The notes under the pieces are model-generated. The model saw only the letters and a program-made list of their open reading frames with translations, had not been told where the DNA came from and did no database searches. From a virus (taxonomy: Duplodnaviria > Caudoviricetes): a DNA stretch of 27,854 nt. Position 1 is the stretch's first letter. The number at the start of each line of letters is the position of its first letter. Shown one piece after another: positions 15,801 through 23,408 of this stretch. The position numbers and the translations under genes were made by a program. The stretch is taken from positions 1 through 27,854 of the IMG/VR virus record IMGVR_UViG_3300032231_000020; one strand, 5' to 3'.

Positions 15801-15922
15801 TGCTGGGCTACCCCTTCAAGCCGGGTGCTGGTTTCAAAGAACCCGTCAACCTCGGTAGACTGGACGACCGGCAAGCTGGCCTGCCCCGGAAGCTGTATAT
15901 TTGTGAATTTTGATTCTGCCAC
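12896..15922 (-). CDS. Internal virion protein with C-terminal lysozyme-like (putative peptidoglycan hydrolase) domain
   Basis: C-terminal RGLRNNNPGNI...GLRAM...IIKRWAPPQDNNDTESY...IVHENG; GTG start; located in the ejection module. Confidence 0.75.
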   Translation of the reverse strand: MAESKFTNIQLPGQASLPVVQSTEVDGFFETSTRLEGVAQQNFKDKDEAEVVRQGIVDGQQGKFNTDLLYAPTFRGKAYTGAAQKSFLDTVELNATKRMQEIIAENPNDHDKAKSQISGYLNGVVGGFPPNIRERLGQTFLLKSQVRANVGLNGLRTAERKRQVMQEEVNALQKDNQRSVDVVANAEHVFDDDPRISLKSVAAIVEQRSQITSDYGAEITDPDGNVIGAHNPAFRERALQQFDADTSNSAIKSAFNKNPNKEEFLRKFEANEIDLTVKNEKGGVALDLRPDVRRKSALVRYMTGVISRENVGRNAQLRQFKAEVKSDINVLKKGGQLSDKKIALMKTRAHQLGDEESFAQMSDWVSHSNDMHSMSVMTPTNLDALVSAERADLEDQRDSGGPISATDVEQMVAKEELLSNMTTELNKDQLEWANHVGLVETTPIIPTAEETIEINGQQVSPQELMNRRIAQAEAVGAHYGRPPKYLKAEEVEAFRKFLTDRNTSPDAKLGFLASLVGFGDRQDEVLAEVSPKSPEYMHIAGMMKQGVQHATLSDAMEGLSIIQGTVEGGGIRVMRQDSLEAREAHTVILGSAYEESPETHRQVLNTAEAIYTARMFRKGKTDPSEFADNVGEYAVALQEASGANFIDSDQYGGITSYHDKHVHVPSWFEAGKFQDFIAEMTADDYRDAAGGGAPVIQRATGEIEQIDIAKEIEVHGDDIKLISIGDGQYIVSNEASGTSKIYGAQADPFSDIAASRNGWYVLDLNKLSGGRRIRHMKSAKANIFEEAQTTIEETAEKSTATSGGSPFEGIEETAPELIEKGKEALQKAGESIEGASQSVKDIVDKALGSLDKLMKPTPAADTKTDDITGLGGNAPRGLRNNNPGNIKHSNNKWQGASRDQSDPTFVKFDKPVDGLRAMGRVLINYNKNSGIKTLEGIIKRWAPPQDNNDTESYIKSVSQRSGVSRKAKIDFSSTDVLAKIMDAMIVHENGENPHPIALIKQGIEKAKK

Positions 15923-16512
15923 TACTTGCCCCCTCCTCCGCCTGCTGATACTACATCAGAGCCGAACCGGAATAATGATTTCCCTATTGCTACGTTACGG
16001 TCAAACCTTGCTACTTTCCTGATTATTTTGGCTTTCTGTTTCAGGTCGGAAGCCTTGATTTCAGCGTTGGTCCTGATTAACGTAAACGCCAAGCTAGCAT
16101 CCCGATTAACGTCCTGCGCCACACGGCCCCTTGACCCTGAAATCCCTCCGCCGGACGTAAACCCGGCGACAATGTTGTTGGCCTGCGCATCGTTGAGCGT
16201 CCTGAGCGCGGATACCGTTTGCGCCTTCCCTTTAAGCTCCTCTTGCCGGGCGTTAAAGTCGAGCCTTGACGCGGTTCGCCTTGCATCGCGCTCATCGTTG
16301 AACGCTTGGAATATACTGACCGTCGGCCCGACGAAAGGGACATTTTGGGACGCCCCCTCGGCGAAAGGATCACCCATGCTGGCGAATGGGTTGCTGGAGC
16401 TTGCCCCCTGCGATTTTAATGCCCCATCGGTTCCAAAGTCGTCTGAGCCGACAACGGTATCACCCGCCGCCGTTGCCCCCTGCTTTGAAAAAAGAGCCGT
16501 CATTGAGTCCAT
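15922..16512 (-). CDS. Small internal virion protein (T7 gp14-like position)
   Basis: Ala/Gly/Gln-rich helical protein with a central SGGGISGS; directly after tail tubular B. Confidence 0.65.
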   Translation of the reverse strand: MDSMTALFSKQGATAAGDTVVGSDDFGTDGALKSQGASSSNPFASMGDPFAEGASQNVPFVGPTVSIFQAFNDERDARRTASRLDFNARQEELKGKAQTVSALRTLNDAQANNIVAGFTSGGGISGSRGRVAQDVNRDASLAFTLIRTNAEIKASDLKQKAKIIRKVARFDRNVAIGKSLFRFGSDVVSAGGGGGK

Positions 16513-16514
16513 AA

Positions 16515-18503
16515 TTAAGTCGCTATGTCATACGCCAGACCGGAAAGAGTCAGAGCGAAAGGTTTGTCTTGGCTGATATCTATCTGCCCCTTGCGAGTGT
16601 ATCCGCGAATACCTCTTATTTCAATATCATCTGATATCGGCGTAATCGGGACATCGAGCAGGCTGGGTCCGAATTGCCGTGACGGCATCCGGTTCCCGTT
16701 AATCAGAAATGATTCTGTATCCACAACCCGCGCCTGCACGTTTACAATTCGCTTTTTGCGCCCCATTGTCGAGCCTTCCGGCAATAGAAGGTCTGCGGGC
16801 AGGGTGCGGATCAAAACCCGGTTCTCCGTTTCGCCCTCCACCAGCGGGAATTGAAGGCCAAGCTGATAGGTGTTCGCACTCCTTGGGAACGTCAGCACGC
16901 CACCAGCACTTACGGTAAATTCACCCTGATACGCATTGTCGAGTGTCAGCCCCACTGTCTCGTTGGCAAGATGGCCCAGCCCGGTCGCCTGCGTGTACGG
17001 ACCACCGGACGAAACTATCACGCCCGCATCATACTTTAAGCTTGGATTAAATTTCTCTAAAAACTTAACAGAGAACGAGTCAATCACGCGGTCCACAACC
17101 ATGTAGGTGTCCTGATCCAGAACAGCTACATTTTTATAAGAGCCTTCCGTGTTTAAGAGGGACCATGCGTTGACCTCCTCTGACCGAAGAACACAAAACG
17201 CCGCGATTGTCCCGTCGCTGTTGATGTGCCAGATATAATTTGAGTCGTCTGTATCTAGGGCTTTTTTGAATGCGCTGTCAACCGGATCGCGCACAAGATG
17301 GCTTGATAGCAATGAAACAGGGTCCGATTCATAGGCGGCCTGTTTGTCTGTGAATCTAAAGTCGCGCAAAGCCCCACCCTCTCTTTGCAGAAAATATACA
17401 ATCCCGTCTACCTCAAAAATCCTAATACCGGGCTTGGAGCCGACCTCCGTTGTTTTCCTTAGAACCGAATTTGCTGGAGTAATTGCAGTTGATTCCGAAA
17501 TAGGGATATACCATTCTGAATCGTCACCAAAAACTTGCAGGTGCCTGCCGACACGAATCTGGTTGAACGTGGTGATCTCCTCAGAATCCCCAAGAATAAT
17601 GATCCCGCTGTCTGCGTCTGCGTTCCCGGCGAAAAAGTCTTCAATTACTCCGCTTCTCGATGTGGCGAATAACTGCGGGACGCTCTTTGCGCCAGCGATG
17701 CAGAGGCGACCTTGGAAGAATGCGCCGGACACGGGCCATCCTTTAGCTGACGAAAAGGCTTCTTCTTCCTTGGTCCAAAACCCCTGCTCCTGCAAGCTTG
17801 TGTCTGTGAAGTCGCTCTGGACTTCTGCGGTATAGGTAGGGTCCGGGAAGGCGGTGATTTTCGCAAACCCCCCGTTGAACCGAACATATCTCCCGATATC
17901 CGCCGCACCGCCCTGCGCGGTCCCGAAGGTAAGGGTGATAGTCCCGGTTGTTGCCGACGGCGTAACGGTCCCAAGGGCCGTGTTGTCAAAAACCAGAGTC
18001 GGCGGGTTCGTGATAGTGAAGGTCGTAAAGGCCCACGACGTATCAGCTCCTTGCCGCTGTAGCTTTCTTATCTGAAATTCCGGGTGAAAGAATAATACCG
18101 AATCGTCCTTCCCAGCCCAATTCACCTCCGGGATTTCGTCCTCGGCGTAAGGGTGCGCCTGCTCAAACACCAATACTCCATCGCGGTAGATATAAAGGAC
18201 TTCGACCGTCAGCACCAGAAGGTAGATTTGAGTCAAGGAGAACCTGTGACGTATCAAACGGACGTTCCCGATAGGAACAACCCTTGCGACCGGAAGGGCC
18301 GGGAGCGTTGGCGCACTTGCCGGTGGGAGCGTGTCTATAAACTCGCCCCCGTCACGCCGACGCACACCCCCTTGCGGGAAAGGGAGGGCGTTCCTGATCT
18401 TATCGGCTCCGTTCTGGAAGGCGACGGTATCAGAGCGCATTTGCGCCTTGGGGTCTATTTCCCCGCGTGTAAAGTTTGTCTTTACGGGATGCGTTCTAGG
18501 CAT
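16515..18503 (-). CDS. Tail tubular protein B (nozzle)
   Basis: NFTRGEIDP...PQGGVRRRDG N-terminus, GWPVSGAFFQGRL and VNAWS motifs; 662 aa. Confidence 0.9.
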   Translation of the reverse strand: MPRTHPVKTNFTRGEIDPKAQMRSDTVAFQNGADKIRNALPFPQGGVRRRDGGEFIDTLPPASAPTLPALPVARVVPIGNVRLIRHRFSLTQIYLLVLTVEVLYIYRDGVLVFEQAHPYAEDEIPEVNWAGKDDSVLFFHPEFQIRKLQRQGADTSWAFTTFTITNPPTLVFDNTALGTVTPSATTGTITLTFGTAQGGAADIGRYVRFNGGFAKITAFPDPTYTAEVQSDFTDTSLQEQGFWTKEEEAFSSAKGWPVSGAFFQGRLCIAGAKSVPQLFATSRSGVIEDFFAGNADADSGIIILGDSEEITTFNQIRVGRHLQVFGDDSEWYIPISESTAITPANSVLRKTTEVGSKPGIRIFEVDGIVYFLQREGGALRDFRFTDKQAAYESDPVSLLSSHLVRDPVDSAFKKALDTDDSNYIWHINSDGTIAAFCVLRSEEVNAWSLLNTEGSYKNVAVLDQDTYMVVDRVIDSFSVKFLEKFNPSLKYDAGVIVSSGGPYTQATGLGHLANETVGLTLDNAYQGEFTVSAGGVLTFPRSANTYQLGLQFPLVEGETENRVLIRTLPADLLLPEGSTMGRKKRIVNVQARVVDTESFLINGNRMPSRQFGPSLLDVPITPISDDIEIRGIRGYTRKGQIDISQDKPFALTLSGLAYDIAT

Positions 18504-19127
18504 CTAGCCCCCCTGTCGCGCGGCGGTCAGTGGGAAATTTGTAGTTCTGGGGGGTCGTTGCCCTTGGGAATCCATCAGAGTGGCTTTTTTGAATTGCCCG
18601 CCGCGTTTGTTTTCAGACGGAAGGCCCCACGCCTTGATGGTGAAAAATTCGGCAAGAGTCTGACGATCGGTGTCAGGCAGTACGATCTCGGCGGCGGTCG
18701 CAAGGATGAGCAGTTCAATCATGTAGTAAGGCATCGTCTGTTCGTTTACGTCGATCTGATAATCGACCAAAACCTGCTCGGCGTTGGAGTATAGCTTCCT
18801 GCCGTAAATTTCATAGCCTTGGAAATGGGGTTGTGGCCCTGCCGGGGTGTTTTTGCTGTTGAACGCTTTCCTGATCGTCCCGATCATGTCGGTCGGGAGC
18901 TGATAGGAATACTTATACTCCGTTGTCGGCCCGGTCTGGTCCCGGCTCAAAAGGTCGGACTTCCTCATGTTGACCCGCCAAGGATACGACGTGAGAATAT
19001 CCAGCTTCACGAAAGGATAGATCGCCGCGCAGGACCGGGCCGCATCAGACTCGATGAAGGAGCTGATCGGTGAGTCGCCAATACGAACCAATGCGTTTGA
19101 GCAAATATCAATATCAGTCAGCGTCAC
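18504..19127 (-). CDS. Tail tubular protein A (adaptor)
   Basis: DICSNALVRIGDSPISSF...YPW...YSYQLPTD motifs. Confidence 0.9.
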   Translation of the reverse strand: MTLTDIDICSNALVRIGDSPISSFIESDAARSCAAIYPFVKLDILTSYPWRVNMRKSDLLSRDQTGPTTEYKYSYQLPTDMIGTIRKAFNSKNTPAGPQPHFQGYEIYGRKLYSNAEQVLVDYQIDVNEQTMPYYMIELLILATAAEIVLPDTDRQTLAEFFTIKAWGLPSENKRGGQFKKATLMDSQGQRPPRTTNFPLTAARQGG

Positions 19128-19136
19128 GATTTACCC

Positions 19137-19442
19137 CTATGCGGCTTTGGTTTTCTTTTCTTCTTTGTCGACAGGCTTCATAATATCCCCGCGTTTCGTG
19201 CGCCGGTCATTCTTGTAAACGCACAGCTTCCCCTCAAATACCCCTGCGACCCAAATACTGCCAAAACAGTCCTTGGCGACGACATCAATACGGGTATTTT
19301 CACGGATAACCAATTTCTGAGCGTCAAAATATCCGGGCTGTTTGATTTCGTCCAGCGTATCGTCGTTGTTTTCGTAAGAAAATGCTCGCGGAACCTTCGG
19401 GCCTTGGATGGATGCGGGGCCGAATTGAGAAGTGATAAACAT
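19137..19442 (-). CDS. Capsid-associated small protein, paralogue of 19505-19786
   Basis: PRAFSYENNDDTLDEIKQPGYFDA aligns with PALYAYTDTASLGTIKGAGYFNA. Confidence 0.65.
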   Translation of the reverse strand: MFITSQFGPASIQGPKVPRAFSYENNDDTLDEIKQPGYFDAQKLVIRENTRIDVVAKDCFGSIWVAGVFEGKLCVYKNDRRTKRGDIMKPVDKEEKKTKAA

Positions 19443-19468
19443 AAAATTCCTTGCTGGACTTGGGGTTT

Positions 19469-19494
19469 AAAAGAAACCCCGCCCGAAGGCGGGG
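19469..19494 (-). terminator. Rho-independent terminator after the capsid/decoration genes
   Basis: CCCCGCC-UUCG-GGCGGGG followed by UUUCUUUU. Confidence 0.9.
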
Positions 19495-19504
19495 AATCCA
19501 GTGT

Positions 19505-19786
19505 TTACGCCGCGCTGATATCGGCAGTCACAACCGTTACATTGGTGGTGAGCGGTGACGCAGGCACAAGCAAGAAGAAGATGATCGTCAGGACGGCGGT
19601 TGTCCCGCTATCCGTGATCGTAATCATCACATCATCCTTGTAGACCTGATCGCGCAGAGCATTGAAATACCCCGCGCCCTTGATAGTACCGAGAGAAGCG
19701 GTGTCGGTGTAGGCATAAAGAGCAGGGGCCACACCTGCTCGCCCCTGTCCGCCGATTGGCGTGAATTTACTGATGTCAAAAGCCAT
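19505..19786 (-). CDS. Putative capsid decoration/cement protein
   Basis: 93 aa, directly after the major capsid gene and upstream of the terminator; Y...GYFN motif; GAGG RBS. Confidence 0.7.
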   Translation of the reverse strand: MAFDISKFTPIGGQGRAGVAPALYAYTDTASLGTIKGAGYFNALRDQVYKDDVMITITDSGTTAVLTIIFFLLVPASPLTTNVTVVTADISAA

Positions 19787-19828
19787 CTTATTACCTCAAG
19801 TGAAAGATTGAATAGTTTAGGACGAGTA

Positions 19829-19850
19829 CCGCAAGCCTTACGGCTTACGG
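19829..19850 (-). promoter_or_regulatory. GNRA-capped hairpin overlapping the major capsid stop codon
   Basis: CCGUAAGCC-GUAA-GGCUUGCGG, 9 bp with one G-U; no U tract. Confidence 0.55.
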
Positions 19851-20699
19851 AGCTTCGTCGAAATGGATGTCAACCAAGCCCAAAGGATCAATGACACCTG
19901 CACCTGCCGCGAAAAGACCATTGGACAGCCAAGAAGTCTTCTCAGGGATGTAGTCAACCTCGGTGCGAAACTCAATCCCCATCGCAATACCGACGGACCC
20001 TCGGCGACCACCATGATAGGCGTAACATCGCCTTTCGTTGGCAGCCGGAACCGGCAGGCCACCCTCATCGCGGTCTTCGATCATGTGAAACTTGAACCCA
20101 ACGAAAGTATCAATATCGCCCATGACCAAGGCCCGGACGGTGTTGAAGTCTGCGCTGGATACTTCGGTCGTTCCCAAGAGTTGTTCTTCTGCGGTCGGAC
20201 TCCAGACGAGATTCCGGTCCCGCTTTGGAACGCCTTGGTTGTTCAGGTGCTTTGCGGTGGTCCGCAATTCCGCGACCGTCAGAGCGGCAGTAGAGATAGC
20301 GACTGACCCAGCCAGTCCGCCAGCAACACGGGCCGCTTCCAGCGCGTCGATAATCAACTGATCTTCCCGGCGACCGATTGCGTCCGCAATGGTCATAGCG
20401 AGTTCAGCCCGCTCCGAGTAGTTGACTTTCTGCTGGTCGAAGATATCCGTGTATTCCGGTGCGTTCCAGTCCTCAATCGTGACGGTTACGCCAGACTGAG
20501 AGACATTCATCGGGATAACATCGGTCTGCGGGATTCGCGGGGTGGCAAGGCCCTTGCCGAAGGTTGGGAATTTATGGGTGGAGCCGATAACTCCGGTCTT
20601 TACGCGGGTCGTGCCGCGAAGGGACGCGCCCTTTTGATAGGCTTGTTTTACCTCGCCGTCAAACTGTGCTACTGCGTTAGCCGCTAATGTACGAGACAT
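19845..20699 (-). CDS. Major capsid protein
   Basis: QFDGEVKQAYQ...DIFDQQKVN...AIGRREDQLII...ADFNTVRALVMGDIDTFVGFKF; between scaffold and tail tubular genes; GGAG RBS. Confidence 0.92.
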   Translation of the reverse strand: MSRTLAANAVAQFDGEVKQAYQKGASLRGTTRVKTGVIGSTHKFPTFGKGLATPRIPQTDVIPMNVSQSGVTVTIEDWNAPEYTDIFDQQKVNYSERAELAMTIADAIGRREDQLIIDALEAARVAGGLAGSVAISTAALTVAELRTTAKHLNNQGVPKRDRNLVWSPTAEEQLLGTTEVSSADFNTVRALVMGDIDTFVGFKFHMIEDRDEGGLPVPAANERRCYAYHGGRRGSVGIAMGIEFRTEVDYIPEKTSWLSNGLFAAGAGVIDPLGLVDIHFDEAP

Positions 20700-20870
20700 T
20701 TGGCAATCTCCAAAAAGTAGGTTTGCAAGAAAGTTCTACAACACTACCGATTGCCAAATTTTTTGGACGGGTCCGTAAAGCGCGGATTGCCGACTTATTT
20801 TCGGGTCGGTTTAAATAAAAAAATAGGGAGGGATTGCGCCCGGTTTAGAAGACCAAGGCGGTCCTTCCCT
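20698..20870 (-). promoter_or_regulatory. Structured leader of the major capsid gene
   Basis: 11-bp inverted repeat 20698-20708/20749-20759 over the start codon; 8-bp 20709-20716/20760-20767 over the RBS; hairpins CCGAC/GUCGG and UCCG/CGGA; AGGGA/UCCCU stem followed by a U7 tract. Confidence 0.65.
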
Positions 20871-20881
20871 GAAAAGATAGA

Positions 20882-21121
20882 TCAGCTTCCCTTATTTGTC
20901 AACACCCTTTCCCGTTCCTTTCCCGGAACCCTCCGCGCCATTTCCGTTACTTCTACCAATGGGGGCGGCTGTGTCTCCTCCATGCTTCCCGCTGGGGATG
21001 GTTCTTGATACGGCTCAAGCCGAGTCATTGCCGGGATCAGGTTAACGACTTGGTTGTAGGGTTGTTTTGCGAGATAGTCTACTACGGCCTGCGCCGTTGC
21101 TTGCTCGATAATCAATCTCAT
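20882..21121 (-). CDS. Small hypothetical phage protein
   Basis: VVDYLAKQPYNQVVNLI helical motif; AAGGAG RBS. Confidence 0.7.
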   Translation of the reverse strand: MRLIIEQATAQAVVDYLAKQPYNQVVNLIPAMTRLEPYQEPSPAGSMEETQPPPLVEVTEMARRVPGKERERVLTNKGS

Positions 21122-21157
21122 GTTTCTCCTTTGGGTGTTGGTTAGAATAATTCGCGC

Positions 21158-21841
21158 TTAAATCGCATTCAGATAGTTCACAACACTAGTTGCTTGGTCA
21201 AACGTATGCGCACCAGAATATACTAATACTTGTTTTACTTGGACGTTTGATGGTGTGGCTCCTGCCACATAAGCACCCAGAACAAATCCATCCATATCAG
21301 GGCCAGCTCCAATATCTCCACCGACAGGAGTATCTAAGTTAAGTACTATCGCACTCGATGCCCCGTTCACCACACAAGTTATTGTGGCGTAAGTATCTAA
21401 AGTCCATCCAGATATACGGCTGGGACCGGCAGAAAATCCCCTAACGGTAACTTCGGGGGTTGATCCCGTTTGGTGTAAATAGGCAGAAAACCCGCCTTGA
21501 CCACTCCAGATTATATCGCTATTAGTCCATGAGATTTGTTTAGCAAGGATATAAACAGTGTTGGGTTTTGCTAAAGTGAAGGTGTCCTCCATCCACTGAT
21601 CGACACCATTGAATAAGATAGAACCATCACCTTGGTCAACGGGTCTATTTGCGCCCGTATTTTGGAGTAAATCATTACCATTTCCGGATTGGTCTGCCCA
21701 AAGCGAAACGCCCGGCCCCGTTGTAGTAATACCAACACGACCATCCCACCACGCCTCTAATCCCGCTATGTCGGCGGGACTAAAGGATGAAGGGCCACCT
21801 TGGGGGTTGTTTCCTCGATATCCTGCTGGGTTCCAAGACAT
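21158..21841 (-). CDS. ConA/LamG-like beta-sandwich protein (possible head fibre/adhesin)
   Basis: LEAWWDG...VSLWADQSGNGNDLLQ...ILFNGVDQWM...QVLVYSGAH...VVNYL pattern. Confidence 0.7.
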   Translation of the reverse strand: MSWNPAGYRGNNPQGGPSSFSPADIAGLEAWWDGRVGITTTGPGVSLWADQSGNGNDLLQNTGANRPVDQGDGSILFNGVDQWMEDTFTLAKPNTVYILAKQISWTNSDIIWSGQGGFSAYLHQTGSTPEVTVRGFSAGPSRISGWTLDTYATITCVVNGASSAIVLNLDTPVGGDIGAGPDMDGFVLGAYVAGATPSNVQVKQVLVYSGAHTFDQATSVVNYLNAI

Positions 21842-21850
21842 ATAGTTACC

Positions 21851-22186
21851 CTATGGGTTTTGTGATTCAGCGATCCTGCAAGTTACAAGCTGAGGGCCAG
21901 CGATCCCCGTATATTGAAGATTATAGGAATCTCCGGGGTTTAGCTTGATCGAAAACCTGTAGGCCGAACCCGCCGCCAACGCCACCCCTGCGTTTAGGGC
22001 TTCTGTTAGCGTTTGATCGCCAGACCGTATGACATTGAGGACCGCAGACGTTGGGAGGCTTACGTCAATAATATGATACACCGGCTTAAAAGATGAACCG
22101 TCTATCCGGTCGATATCAGCCGCAAACCAGTCGGTATCGACGGCCTTTGAAACCCCCAAAATTTCAGCAACCATTCGCTCATCCAT
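21851..22186 (-). CDS. Hypothetical beta-rich virion-associated protein
   Basis: 111-aa ORF tightly packed in the operon; LNAGVALAAGSAYRFSI...DSYNLQY. Confidence 0.65.
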   Translation of the reverse strand: MDERMVAEILGVSKAVDTDWFAADIDRIDGSSFKPVYHIIDVSLPTSAVLNVIRSGDQTLTEALNAGVALAAGSAYRFSIKLNPGDSYNLQYTGIAGPQLVTCRIAESQNP

Positions 22187-22189
22187 GAC

Positions 22190-23128
22190 CTATTCTCCAA
22201 ATGTTCGTTTGAACTCATAATCAACCTCGGCTCGGTATGCGTCACCAGCCGGGCCATCCTCAGTATAACGCGGATCGGCCTGCATTGCTCGACATTCATC
22301 CGGGGTCTTGACTCCGGTGTTGACTGATGGCGTGAGCGGTATCGACTTCTCTCCGCTGTTCACCCGAAGCTTGTCGCATAGCTGGACTCCCAAGGATGTT
22401 GATCCGAATTGAAACAAAAGATCATGCTCATCCTCATTGATAACCCCGTTGTTTTTCAGAGCATTCGCCCAATCCACATTCGTTTTTACCATAGTGGGGC
22501 CGTTGTCGCCAAGCTTCGCCATTTCTTTTTCGACATCCAGAGGCTCCGGCAGATATCCATTCATCGCCTGCATGACGGCAGGCATGAACTTATCGAACTG
22601 CTCCTTGGACAGATTAGCCGCCTTTGCCCCAGCCGCCACAGCCTTAAAAGCTGGGTCGTCTGATTTCAGGTCGCCAAAACGATCCAAGTCAGGCCCTTCT
22701 TCGCCCTCCTTTTCAGGAATTCCCTTGGTAGGAGGAGTAAAATCTTTAAGATAGTCCTCCGCTTTTTCCAGAGGCTTGCCGGGGCCATCGTTCAAAAGCT
22801 GGTTGTGGGCCTTGCGAATTTCGTTATAGCTTTTGCTCATCTCCTCCAGTTTTGGGGTCTTTTTCTCGGTATCCCAGAACTGTTCCGGTAAAAACTCAGG
22901 GCGTTCTCCGGGTTTGGGCGGCTCCGCTGGAGGCTGACCCTCCGCTGGATGCTTCGGCGGTTCTGCGGGGGGCTGGCCCTCTAATGCCTGCCCCATGACT
23001 CCCGGCTTCGGAGGCTCTGCGGGTGGTGTTGCGGGCGGTTCTGCGGGTGGTGCGCCTTCAAAAGCGGGGGGTTCGGCAGGGGGAGCCGCTGGGGCATCAA
23101 TCAAAAAAGGAAGTAACAGCTTAAACAT
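22190..23128 (-). CDS. Capsid scaffolding/assembly protein
   Basis: Pro-rich N-terminus with PPAEPP repeats, RPEFLPEQFWD...SYNE motif, C-terminal DPRY; GGAG RBS favours ATG 23128. Confidence 0.8.
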   Translation of the reverse strand: MFKLLLPFLIDAPAAPPAEPPAFEGAPPAEPPATPPAEPPKPGVMGQALEGQPPAEPPKHPAEGQPPAEPPKPGERPEFLPEQFWDTEKKTPKLEEMSKSYNEIRKAHNQLLNDGPGKPLEKAEDYLKDFTPPTKGIPEKEGEEGPDLDRFGDLKSDDPAFKAVAAGAKAANLSKEQFDKFMPAVMQAMNGYLPEPLDVEKEMAKLGDNGPTMVKTNVDWANALKNNGVINEDEHDLLFQFGSTSLGVQLCDKLRVNSGEKSIPLTPSVNTGVKTPDECRAMQADPRYTEDGPAGDAYRAEVDYEFKRTFGE

Positions 23129-23408
23129 TTTTCTCTCCATCTGGCGGACTTGGGGGACCGTCTTTGACTCTTTTTATTTTCGTGTAGATATCCAGAATAA
23201 AATTATTTACCGCCGCCCGGCCTGCAAGGTAAGGCGTACCGGCCTCCACAAAGCAAGTATTCTCAAACATCTTTTCGATATGATTCTGCCTCATATACTC
23301 AAGGCACTTTTTCCCTGCGGTGGTCTTGAACGTATCCGAAAACATTTTATTGATCCGGTATTGAGCAAGTTGCACTTCATACGGAACCTTCGCTGTTGGT
23401 TGACTCAT
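23121..23408 (-). CDS. Bbp19-like small protein
   Basis: TFKTTAGKKCLEYM...YLAGRAAVNNFI pattern; between portal and scaffold. Confidence 0.7.
   Translation of the reverse strand: MSQPTAKVPYEVQLAQYRINKMFSDTFKTTAGKKCLEYMRQNHIEKMFENTCFVEAGTPYLAGRAAVNNFILDIYTKIKRVKDGPPSPPDGEKNV

Noticed and set aside
19787-19850. Stop read-through fusing the capsid to the downstream protein
   Set aside because: The capsid frame meets TAA TAA before the next gene, and there is no obvious slippery sequence.
22910-23085. Tandem DNA repeats in the scaffold gene
   Set aside because: Explained by PPAEPP peptide repeats with synonymous variation; a common disordered scaffold N-terminus.
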